The notes beneath the pieces were generated by a model. It was not told the DNA's origin and did no database searches. It saw only the letters and a program-made list of their open reading frames with translations. Shown piece by piece: positions 1 to 6,130 of a stretch of 6,130 nt of DNA (position 1 is its first letter; every line of letters starts with the position of its first letter). This DNA comes from Delftia acidovorans NBRC 14950 (GTDB lineage: Bacteria; Pseudomonadota; Gammaproteobacteria; Burkholderiales; Burkholderiaceae_C): the NCBI RefSeq assembly GCF_001598795.1, contig NZ_BCZP01000056.1, forward strand, positions 1-6,130. Reading direction: 5' to 3'. The position numbers were made by a program, and so were the translations under genes.

Positions 1-1300
1 CGGCCTCGCGCACTTCAGGCTGGGCCAGCAGTTGCGACTGCACCTCGCCCAGCTCGATACGGAAGCCCCGGATCTTGACCTGCTGGTCGGCACGGCCCAG
101 GTATTCAAGCTCGCCCTGTGCACTCCAGCGCACCAGGTCGCCCGTGCGGTACAGGCGCTCGCCTGCTGACGCGTAGGGATTGGCGATAAAACGTTCCGCG
201 CTCAGACCGGCGCGGTTCAGGTAACCACGTGCCAGGCCTTCACCCGCCACATACAACTCTCCCGCCACGCCCTGCGGCAGCAGGTTCAGGCTGCCATCGA
301 GCACGTACAGGCCCAGGTCCGGAATCGCCACGCCCACCGGGCTGCGTCCGCCATCCAGATCCGCCTTGGTGATCTCCCGGTACGTCACATGCACCGTGGT
401 CTCGGTGATGCCGTACATGTTGATGAGTTGGGGGCTCTGGTCACCGAAGCGGTCAAACCAGGGCCGCAGGCTCTCGGGCTCCAGCGCCTCGCCGCCGAAG
501 ATCACCTGGCGCAGCGCCAGGCCAGCGCCGTTCCCATCTTCCTGCTCCACGGCATGGACCAGTTGCCCGAAGGCCGAAGGTGTTTGATTGAGAACCGTTA
601 CGCGCTCCGCCCGCAGCAAGGCCAGGAAGTCCTGGGGCGAGCGGCTGACCCAGTACGGCACCACCACCAGCCTGCCCCCCGTGCACAGGGCGCCGAAGAT
701 CTCCCAGACAGAGAAGTCGAAGGCGTAGGAATGGAACAGGGTCCAGACATCGTCAGGCCCGAAGCCGAACCAGGCATCGGTGGCGTCCAGCAGCCGTGCC
801 ACGTTGCGGTGGCCCAGTTGCGCGCCTTTGGGTTTGCCTGTCGAGCCCGAGGTGTAGATCACATAGGCCAGGCTGTCCGGGCTCACATCGACCTGTGGAT
901 CGGTATCGGGTTCGCCCGACAGGTCCAGCATGTCGATCTCCAGCACCTGCAGCACAGCAGCGCCGGGAATGCGCTCGCGCAGCGCCGCCTGCGTCAGCAC
1001 CAGGGCAATGCCACTGTCCTCGACCATGTGCGCCAGACGATCGGCAGGGTAGTCCGGGTCCAGCGGCACATAGGCGCCACCGGCCTTGAGGATGGCCAGC
1101 AGGCCGACCACCATCTCCACCGAGCGCTGCATGGCAATGCCCACGCGTGTCTCCGGGCGCACGCCCAGGGCGATCAGGCGGTGGGCCAGGCGGTTGGCCT
1201 GGGCGTCGAGTTCTGCGTAGGTCAGTTGTGCGGACTCGCAGGTCAACGCCGCCGCATCCGGCCGCTGCTGCGCGCTTGCCGCAAAGCGCTGGTGCAGGCA
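1..1300 (-). other. Adenylation domain of the downstream NRPS, truncated after motif A8 by the window edge. The predicted substrate is threonine.
   Basis: Motifs A1-A8 are present. Hand alignment to remembered GrsA numbering gives D235 F236 W239 (FDFSVWE, 701-721), N278 (VLNQTPS), I299 G301 (VIFGGEA), M322 (NMYGITE), V330 H331 (TETTVH, within 389-421), i.e. DFWNIGMVH. K517 lies outside the window. Confidence 0.85.
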
Positions 1301-2854
1301 GGCGGGCTGCGCAGGGTTGAGGACAGGTCCATTGCGGGTACTGCGGCGCGCACTGCGGTCCAGAAGCTGCGCCTGCTCATCGCCGGGCAGCAGTTGCACC
1401 TGGTCCAGAGCGCACTGCGGCGCATGCGCCAGCGCCTGCAGCAGCAGCGACAGATGCGCGCCCATGCGCTGCACCGTGGCCGGCTCGAAGCGCTCGCGCG
1501 CATAGGCAAAGCCCAGTTGCAGGCTGCCGTCGGCGCGGCGGCTGGCGTGCAGGGTCAGCTCGAACTGGGCGGCCAGGCCGTCCAGCTCCAGCTTCTGGAT
1601 CTCCAGGCCCGCCAGGCCGGCCGCCTCTTCGTGCTGGTAGTTCAGCATCACCTGGAACAGCGAGCTGCCGTCCAGGCTGCGGCGCGGCTGCAGCGCCTCG
1701 ACCAGTTGCTCATAGGGCAGGTCCTGGTGGGCCAGGCCCAGGCGGACCCGCTCGGCCAGCTGGGCCAGCAGCTCCTGCAGGCGCATGCGGGGATCGAGCC
1801 GGCCACGCATCACCAGCGTGTTGACGAAGAAGCCGACCAGCGGCTCGGCCTCGGGCTGGTTGCGGTTGGCCACGGGCACGCCCACGCGGATATCGGTCTC
1901 GGCGGTATAGCGGTGCAGCAGGGCCTGGAACCCGGCCAGCAGCGCCACGAAGAGGGAGGTGCCCTGCTCGCGGGCGCGCTGCTCCAGTCCGGCCACCAGG
2001 CTGGCGGGCAGATCGAGACGGTGCCAGGCGGCATGCCAGCGGGTCTCGGCGCCCGGCGCGCGGGCATGGTCGGCGGGCAGCTCCAGATGCAGGTCCTGAC
2101 CCCCGGCCAGTTCGGGCAGCCAGTAGTCCAGCAGGCGCTGCCTTTCCCCAGCCTCCAGCCAGTCGCGCTGCCAGGCGGCGTAGTCGGTGTAGGCAATGGG
2201 CAGCGGCGGCAGGCGGGTCGGGCGCTGCTGCACCAGTGCCGCGTACAGGCCGGCGAACTCCTCCAGCAGGATCTGCATGGAGCGGCCGTCGGAGATGATG
2301 TGGTGCATCACCACCACCAGCAGGTGCTGGCGGCTGTCCAGGCGAACGGCGGCCACGCGCAGCAGCGGGCCGCGCGTCAGGTCAAAGGGCGTGAGGCACA
2401 GGCGCTCGGCTTCGGCCAGGGCCCGGTCGTGGCGCTGTGCGGCAGGCAGGGAACTGAGGTCGATCAGCGGCAGCTCCAGCGCCAGCTGCGGCACGATGCG
2501 CTGCCGCGCCAGGCCGTCGGGGCTTTCCTCGAACACCGTGCGCAGTCCGCCGTGGCGCTCCAGCAGCACGCCGAACGCCTGCCGCAAGGCCGCCACATCC
2601 AGCTCGCCATGCATCCACGAGGCCTGGGCGATGTGGTAGGCCGAGCTTTGCGGGTCCAGCTTCCACAGGAACCACTGGCGCAGCTGCGCATGGGACAGGG
2701 CTTCGGTCTGGTCAGACGATGGTGCGCGCACCGGGATGGGGAAATGCGAGAGATCCAGTCCCTCGGCCCGGATCTTTTGCAATGCCAGCGTGCGCTGGGC
2801 AGGGCTCAGGCTTGCAAAGCGCTCGGCGATTTGGCGCAGGCGGCCACGGTCCAT
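1..2854 (-). CDS. Non-ribosomal peptide synthetase, 3'-partial (runs off the window at position 1). It has an N-terminal leader/linker, a C domain and an A domain (Thr-type code) visible through motif A8.
   Basis: This gene is not in the supplied ORF track, presumably because it has no in-window stop. Manual reverse-complement translation from the ATG at 2854-2852 gives [42 protein letters not shown]...[16 protein letters not shown]...[10 protein letters not shown]...FFVNTLVMR...[14 protein letters not shown]...[12 protein letters not shown]...[15 protein letters not shown]...FDFSVWE...[11 protein letters not shown]...[14 protein letters not shown]...YRTGDLVR...[20 protein letters not shown]...EVREA. 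Anchor motifs at 2305, 868, 721, 421 and 151 all fall in the same frame relative to 2854. None of the listed minus ORFs between 1 and 2854 share that frame, which fits an uninterrupted reading frame. Confidence 0.92.
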   Translation of the reverse strand, partial: MDRGRLRQIAERFASLSPAQRTLALQKIRAEGLDLSHFPIPVRAPSSDQTEALSHAQLRQWFLWKLDPQSSAYHIAQASWMHGELDVAALRQAFGVLLERHGGLRTVFEESPDGLARQRIVPQLALELPLIDLSSLPAAQRHDRALAEAERLCLTPFDLTRGPLLRVAAVRLDSRQHLLVVVMHHIISDGRSMQILLEEFAGLYAALVQQRPTRLPPLPIAYTDYAAWQRDWLEAGERQRLLDYWLPELAGGQDLHLELPADHARAPGAETRWHAAWHRLDLPASLVAGLEQRAREQGTSLFVALLAGFQALLHRYTAETDIRVGVPVANRNQPEAEPLVGFFVNTLVMRGRLDPRMRLQELLAQLAERVRLGLAHQDLPYEQLVEALQPRRSLDGSSLFQVMLNYQHEEAAGLAGLEIQKLELDGLAAQFELTLHASRRADGSLQLGFAYARERFEPATVQRMGAHLSLLLQALAHAPQCALDQVQLLPGDEQAQLLDRSARRSTRNGPVLNPAQPACLHQRFAASAQQRPDAAALTCESAQLTYAELDAQANRLAHRLIALGVRPETRVGIAMQRSVEMVVGLLAILKAGGAYVPLDPDYPADRLAHMVEDSGIALVLTQAALRERIPGAAVLQVLEIDMLDLSGEPDTDPQVDVSPDSLAYVIYTSGSTGKPKGAQLGHRNVARLLDATDAWFGFGPDDVWTLFHSYAFDFSVWEIFGALCTGGRLVVVPYWVSRSPQDFLALLRAERVTVLNQTPSAFGQLVHAVEQEDGNGAGLALRQVIFGGEALEPESLRPWFDRFGDQSPQLINMYGITETTVHVTYREITKADLDGGRSPVGVAIPDLGLYVLDGSLNLLPQGVAGELYVAGEGLARGYLNRAGLSAERFIANPYASAGERLYRTGDLVRWSAQGELEYLGRADQQVKIRGFRIELGEVQSQLLAQPEVREA
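1420..2700 (-). other. Condensation domain of the downstream NRPS (boundaries approximate).
   Basis: The motifs are C1 [17 protein letters not shown]2 [10 protein letters not shown]3 [10 protein letters not shown] (HHIISDG at 2285-2305), [13 protein letters not shown]5 [21 protein letters not shown] and C7-like FQVMLNYQ. It follows a T domain with no intervening E domain. I cannot assign an LCL versus DCL subtype by eye. Confidence 0.85.
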
Positions 2855-5800
2855 CAGATATCTCCCAGAGTTTCGAGAAAGGAATCCAGCGCATCGAGCG
2901 CCTGCGCATCCGCGCCTGTCGTGCCTGTTGCACCCGCAGCATCCGCGCTGCCATGGGCTGGCAGGCGCACCAGGCCCGCCATGTCCTGCAGCACCGGGGT
3001 GCGGAAAATGTCCTGGGCGGTCAGCCCCGCAGCGCCTGCCCCCTGCAGCCGCGCCAGCAGTTGCACCACCTTGAGCGAGTGCCCGCCGCGCTCGAAGAAG
3101 CTGTCGCGGCGGTCCACGCGGCCACCGCCCAGCAGCTCGGACCAGAGCCCGGCCAGCATTTCCTCGGCCTGCCCCGAGGGCGCCTCGTAGGACTGGCCGG
3201 CCGGTGCCTGCGCCGCAGGCAGCGCGGCACGGTCCACCTTGCCGCTGTTGTTCAGCGGCAGCGTGTCCAGCACCACGATGGCGGACGGCAGCATGTAGTC
3301 GGGCAGGCCGCTGGCCAGTCTTGCGCGCAGTGCCGCAGCGTCCAGGGGCGGGCCTGCATGCAGTGATGCATGCAGCGGTGCATGTAGCGACCCATGTAGC
3401 GATGCATGCAGCGATGCATGTAGAGATACGTGCGCCACAAGGCGCGTATCGCTGCCGGCCCCCGCTGCCGTGACCACGGCCTCGCGCACCTCGGGCTGGG
3501 CCAGCAGTGCGGCCTCCACCTCGCCCAGCTCGATGCGGTGGCCGCGGATCTTGACCTGGTGGTCCAGCCGGCCCAGGTATTCGAGCGCGCCATCGGCATT
3601 GCGGCGCACCAGGTCGCCCGTGCGGTACAGGCGTTCGCCAGCCGCGTCCGGTCCCGCGAAAGGATCGGCCACAAAACGCTCTGCGCTCAGGCCCGGCCGC
3701 TGCCAGTAGCCGCGCGCCAGGCCCTGGCCGCCAATGAACAGTTCCCCGGCCACGCCTTGCGGCACGCAGCGCAGCCCTTCGTCAAGCACCAGCAGCCGGG
3801 TGGCCGCGATTGCCTGACCCAGCGTGGCGGCATCGCCCTGCACCTGCTGCAGGCTGGACCAGATCGTGGTCTCGGTCGGGCCGTAGAGGTTCCAGAGGTC
3901 CACGCCCGCCGCGCGCAGCAGGGCAATCAGGTCCGGCGCAAGCGCCTCGCCGCCGCACAGCGCCTTCAGCGGCCGTGCCGCCTTCCAGCCACCGGCCAGC
4001 AGCAGGCGCCAGCCCGAGGGCGTGGCCTGCATCACGCTGGCGCGGCTGCGCTCCAGCAGCGCCGCCAGCGCGGCCGCGTCGCGCACCTGTTCGCGCCCGG
4101 CCACCACCAGCTGCGCGCCCACGGCCAGGGGCAGGAAGATCTCCAGGCCCGCAATGTCGAAGGACACGGAGGTCGTGGCCAGCACCACGTCCTGCGCCTG
4201 CATGCCCGGCTGTGCCGCCATGGACTGCAGGAAGTTGGAGAAGGCCGCATGCCGCACCACCACGCCCTTGGGCCGCCCGGTGGAGCCCGAGGTGTAGATC
4301 ACATAGGCGGCCTGGTCGCCATGCACCTCGACGCGGGGCGCGCGTTCCGTGCCTGCCTGCGGCCCTGACTCCCTTGCCTCCAGTACCTCCAGCGCCTCCA
4401 GCTCCAGCACCTTCGGCACGCTGGCGGCGAGCACGGCCAGCCGGCCCGGCGCCAGGCCCGAGGCCAGCACCAGGCAGGCCCCGCTGTCCTGCAGCATGTA
4501 CTGCATGCGCTCATCGGGCAGGGCCGGATCGACGGGCACGTAGGCGGCGCCCGCCTTGAGGATGGCCAGCAGGCCGGCCACCATGGCGGCCCCGCGCTCG
4601 GCCACCAGGCCCACGCGCTGCCCGGGCCGCAGCCCCTGGGCGATCAGGGCCTGCGCCAGGCGGCTGGCCCGCCGATCCAGATCGCCGTAGCTGAACACCT
4701 GCCCGTCCGCGGTCAGGGCCGGGGCCTGGGGCCGCTGCCTTGCCTGCGCCTCGAACATGCGGTGCACCGGCAAGGCCTGCGGCCAGGACCGGGAGTTGCC
4801 GGCCTGCGCCAGCAGCGCCTGGCGCTCGGCCGGGGGTACCACGTCCAGCGTGCGCAGGTCGCGGCCGGGCTGCTGCTGCAGCGCCTGCACCAGCGCCTGC
4901 AGGGCCTGCTGCATGTAGGCGCAGACGCGCCCGGCCCCCACGCTGCGCACCACCTGGGCGACGAGCACAAAGCCCTGGCCGTCGTCATCCACGGCCATGC
5001 CCACGGGATAGTTGCTGCGCTCGGGGCGGCCCAGCACCTGCACGCCGGCCCGGGCCAGCTCTTGCGCAGCACCCTCTGCCGCGCCATGCCGGTAGTTCAG
5101 CAATGCGCTGAACAGCGGCGTTCCCGCAGGCAGGCCGCTGCAGCGCTGGGCCAGCGACAGGCTGGCATGCTCGTGCTGCAGCAGGGCCGCAAGCGCCGCT
5201 GCCGTGCTGCGCAGGCCCTGGAGCACGCTGCCTTCGCCCAGCGGCAGGCGCAGCGGCAAGGTGTTGATGAACATGCCCAGCGCCTGCTGCGCACCGGCGC
5301 CGCCGTCCATGCGGCCCATCAGCACGGTGCCGAAGACCGGCTCCTGCCTGCCGCTGGTCCGGGCCAGCACCAGCGCCCAGGCCAGGTGGCAGAGCGCGGC
5401 GGGGCTGACGCCGTGCGCACGCGCCTGGCGGCGCATGCCCTGGGCCAGTGGGGCGTCCAACCGCAGGCGGGCCTCCTCCATGCCCCGGCCATCGCCTTGC
5501 ACATCCAGCAGGCCGAAGGCGGCCGTGGGCTCCTGCACATCGGCCAGCATGCGGCGGAAGAACCGCTCGTGCGCCTCGGCCGCCACGCCCTGGCGCGCCT
5601 GCGCCACAAAGCGCCGGAAGGGCACGGGCACCGGCAGCTCGGCCGCACGGCCCTGCTGAAGCCGCAGCACTTCCTGCAGCAGCAGGTCCAGCGTGATGCG
5701 GTCCATCACCAGGTGGTGACTCAGCAGCTGCAGCAGCCAGCGGCCTTGCCCGGCATCGTGCGCGGCCCGCGCCCCTATCATCGGCGCCTGCCGCACGTCC

Positions 5801-6130
5801 AGGCGCAGGTCGTGGCTGCCCAGTTGCTCCAGCATCTGCGGCACCAGCGCCTCATGCACCTCTTGCGACCCATGCGCCTCATCCGCATCAGGCCACTGCA
5901 GCTGCAGCGGTGCCTGGCGCAGCACCACCTGCACCGGCTCGGACAGCCCCTCCCAGAGCACGGCCGTGCGCAGGATGTCATGGCGCGCAATCACCTGGTT
6001 GAGGCTGTGCACGAAGGATTGCAGCTGCTCGCGCGTCCCGAAGCTCAGCAGGTTGGGCGAGACGAACACATCGCCCCCGGACTGCAGCAGGTGGTGGAAC
6101 AGAATTCCCTCCTGCAGCGGCGCCAGCGGG
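2854..6130 (-). CDS. Non-ribosomal peptide synthetase, 5'-partial (continues beyond 6130). The visible module is C (dual E/C-like) - A (Gly-type code) - T/PCP, followed by a C-terminal tail of about 37 aa and a TGA stop at 2854-2856.
   Basis: This is the 1071-aa minus ORF in the track, but its GTG at 6069 is not the real start. The same frame stays open to 6130 and reads [20 protein letters not shown] (condensation motif C1 region). Ordered NRPS motifs follow: HHLVMDR (5698-5718), A1 FSYGDLD, A2 [13 protein letters not shown]3 [16 protein letters not shown]4 FDIAGLE (4141-4161), A5 NLYGPTETT (3859-3891), A6 [15 protein letters not shown]7 YRTGDL, A8 [21 protein letters not shown]9 LPDYMLP, A10 NNSGKVDR and the carrier motif FFERGGHSL. 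Confidence 0.95.
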   Translation of the reverse strand, partial: PLAPLQEGILFHHLLQSGGDVFVSPNLLSFGTREQLQSFVHSLNQVIARHDILRTAVLWEGLSEPVQVVLRQAPLQLQWPDADEAHGSQEVHEALVPQMLEQLGSHDLRLDVRQAPMIGARAAHDAGQGRWLLQLLSHHLVMDRITLDLLLQEVLRLQQGRAAELPVPVPFRRFVAQARQGVAAEAHERFFRRMLADVQEPTAAFGLLDVQGDGRGMEEARLRLDAPLAQGMRRQARAHGVSPAALCHLAWALVLARTSGRQEPVFGTVLMGRMDGGAGAQQALGMFINTLPLRLPLGEGSVLQGLRSTAAALAALLQHEHASLSLAQRCSGLPAGTPLFSALLNYRHGAAEGAAQELARAGVQVLGRPERSNYPVGMAVDDDGQGFVLVAQVVRSVGAGRVCAYMQQALQALVQALQQQPGRDLRTLDVVPPAERQALLAQAGNSRSWPQALPVHRMFEAQARQRPQAPALTADGQVFSYGDLDRRASRLAQALIAQGLRPGQRVGLVAERGAAMVAGLLAILKAGAAYVPVDPALPDERMQYMLQDSGACLVLASGLAPGRLAVLAASVPKVLELEALEVLEARESGPQAGTERAPRVEVHGDQAAYVIYTSGSTGRPKGVVVRHAAFSNFLQSMAAQPGMQAQDVVLATTSVSFDIAGLEIFLPLAVGAQLVVAGREQVRDAAALAALLERSRASVMQATPSGWRLLLAGGWKAARPLKALCGGEALAPDLIALLRAAGVDLWNLYGPTETTIWSSLQQVQGDAATLGQAIAATRLLVLDEGLRCVPQGVAGELFIGGQGLARGYWQRPGLSAERFVADPFAGPDAAGERLYRTGDLVRRNADGALEYLGRLDHQVKIRGHRIELGEVEAALLAQPEVREAVVTAAGAGSDTRLVAHVSLHASLHASLHGSLHAPLHASLHAGPPLDAAALRARLASGLPDYMLPSAIVVLDTLPLNNSGKVDRAALPAAQAPAGQSYEAPSGQAEEMLAGLWSELLGGGRVDRRDSFFERGGHSLKVVQLLARLQGAGAAGLTAQDIFRTPVLQDMAGLVRLPAHGSADAAGATGTTGADAQALDALDSFLETLGDI
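2861..2866 (-). promoter_or_regulatory. Shine-Dalgarno-like GGGAGA for the downstream NRPS gene, embedded in the last codons of the upstream gene.
   Basis: The minus strand reads CTG GGA GAT ATC TGA TG. GGGAG lies 7 nt upstream of the ATG at 2854-2852. The local sequence (about 2855-2890) is visibly less GC-rich than the surrounding coding DNA. Confidence 0.5.
2968..3189 (-). other. Thiolation / peptidyl carrier (T, PCP) domain of the upstream NRPS.
   Basis: The sequence reads [48 protein letters not shown]...[13 protein letters not shown]. The core motif is GGHSL, with the phosphopantetheine-attachment Ser codon at 3076-3078. Confidence 0.88.
3217..4775 (-). other. Adenylation domain of the upstream NRPS (boundaries approximate). 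The predicted substrate is glycine.
   Basis: Motifs A1-A10 are all present in order. I aligned by hand to my recollection of GrsA-PheA numbering. The specificity residues come out as D235 I236 L239 (FDIAGLE), Q278 (VMQATPS), L299 G301 (ALCGGEA), L322 (NLYGPTE), I330 W331 (TETTIW) and K517 (NSGKVDR), giving DILQLGLIWK. Confidence 0.85.
3355..3426 (-). repeat. In-frame tandem repeat of 12 nt x 6 copies (plus-strand consensus TGCATG[C/T]AGCGA), encoding [24 protein letters not shown] inside the A domain.
   Basis: The plus-strand units are tgcatgcagtga (3355-3366), tgcatgcagcgg (3367-3378), tgcatgtagcga (3379-3390), cccatgtagcga (3391-3402), tgcatgcagcga (3403-3414) and tgcatgtagaga (3415-3426). 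The tract starts on a codon boundary, since 6069-3426 is divisible by 3. Confidence 0.95.
4870..6130 (-). other. Condensation domain of the upstream NRPS (boundaries approximate, N-terminal edge at or just beyond the window end), with a dual E/C-like signature.
   Basis: It has a C1-like [13 protein letters not shown] followed directly by HHLLQSGGD (6070-6096), an [10 protein letters not shown]2-like motif, the active-site [10 protein letters not shown] (5698-5718), and FINTLPLRL and NYRH type later motifs. Confidence 0.8.

Noticed and set aside
128-157. Exact nucleotide matches of 24-30 nt between the two modules: 128-157 with 3604-3633, 843-868 with 4283-4308, and 1083-1106 with 4553-4576. 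I considered them as possible dispersed repeats or recombination scars.
   Set aside because: Each one coincides with a universally conserved A-domain motif: A7 YRTGDLVR, A3 AYVIYTSGS and A2 LAILKAG. Strong codon bias acting on identical peptides is enough to explain the identity. The flanking sequence diverges immediately, and overall similarity between the two A domains is only moderate, so there is no sign of recent module duplication or gene conversion.
2279-2305. The downstream C domain active-site region reads HHIISDGRS, not the more usual HHxxxDGWS.
   Set aside because: The catalytic His-His-xxx-Asp-Gly residues are intact, and the position after DG varies among C domains. This is not evidence of inactivity or of a special subtype.
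2712-2954. An 80-aa minus-strand ORF spanning the gene junction in the third frame.
   Set aside because: It overlaps the carrier-domain tail and the start of the downstream NRPS gene, lies in neither NRPS frame, and has Arg/Trp-rich composition with no motif. It is a shadow ORF.
389-3190. A 933-aa plus-strand ORF, the second-longest entry in the supplied track.
   Set aside because: It is antisense to two NRPS genes whose minus-strand frame carries every canonical C, A and T motif in order. Its translation is low-complexity (rich in Q, A, G, L, R and H) with no recognisable motif, and it runs straight across the minus-strand gene junction. Long stop-free antisense frames are expected opposite GC3-rich coding sequence, so I treat it as a shadow ORF.
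3355-3426. The 12-nt repeat array considered as a CRISPR array, a mobile-element terminus or a regulatory operator array.
   Set aside because: The units are contiguous with no spacers and have only a 12-nt period. They lie in frame inside an uninterrupted A domain, with normal A8 and A9 motifs on either side. No adjacent non-coding DNA, transposase or inverted terminal repeats are present, so I report the array as a coding tandem repeat.
3355-3426. The idea that His at every fourth residue ([10 protein letters not shown]...) forms a helical His stripe that binds metal, tying the insert to a metallophore product.
   Set aside because: This is speculation. The i/i+4 spacing is suggestive, but nothing in the window shows that the product is a metallophore, that the tract is helical or that it binds metal. 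I mention it only as a hypothesis for anyone who expresses the domain.
3430-4559. Plus-strand ORFs 3430..4368 (312 aa), 3810..4559 (249 aa) and the many shorter plus-strand or off-frame minus ORFs across the window (for example 2719..3366, 4740..5111, 5204..5659, 1810..2196).
   Set aside because: All of them overlap the motif-bearing NRPS frame. They encode Arg/Pro/Ala-rich or Cys/Trp-rich low-complexity strings typical of out-of-frame translation of GC-rich genes. Nothing supports them independently.
6067-6069. The GTG at 6069, used by the ORF track as the start of the 1071-aa protein.
   Set aside because: The frame is open upstream to the window edge and encodes [20 protein letters not shown], the conserved start region of a condensation domain. 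The GTG is therefore an internal Val codon, and the gene begins outside the window.

Overview
The whole 6130-nt window is coding sequence on the minus strand. It belongs to a very GC-rich (roughly two-thirds or more G+C by eye, not computed) non-ribosomal peptide synthetase (NRPS) assembly line, and I see no intergenic DNA, RNA genes, mobile elements or CRISPR arrays. Two NRPS genes meet at 2852-2856, where the stop and start codons overlap as TGATG. The upstream gene (2854..>6130, 5' end outside the window) shows one module. It has a condensation domain with a dual epimerisation/condensation-like N-terminal signature, an adenylation domain whose specificity residues read DILQLGLIWK (Gly-type), and a carrier (T/PCP) domain with GGHSL. 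The downstream gene (<1..2854, 3' end outside the window) is missing from the supplied ORF track, apparently because it has no in-window stop. Manual translation nevertheless gives a continuous frame with a leader, a condensation domain (HHIISDG) and an adenylation domain through motif A8, with visible specificity residues DFWNIGMVH (Thr-type). The 933-aa plus-strand ORF (389..3190) and the other plus-strand or off-frame ORFs look like high-GC shadow ORFs. The one unusual structure is a perfectly in-frame 12-nt x 6 tandem repeat at 3355..3426. It encodes (S/P)LH(A/G) x 6, is built from A/T-ending rare codons and TGCATGCA palindromes, and sits in the A8-A9 loop of the Gly-type adenylation domain. 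Otherwise this is a conventional NRPS fragment predicting ...(possibly D-Xaa)-Gly-Thr..., and I see no evidence for a separate novel system. All calls rest on reading the sequence and remembered motif knowledge; no database search was possible.
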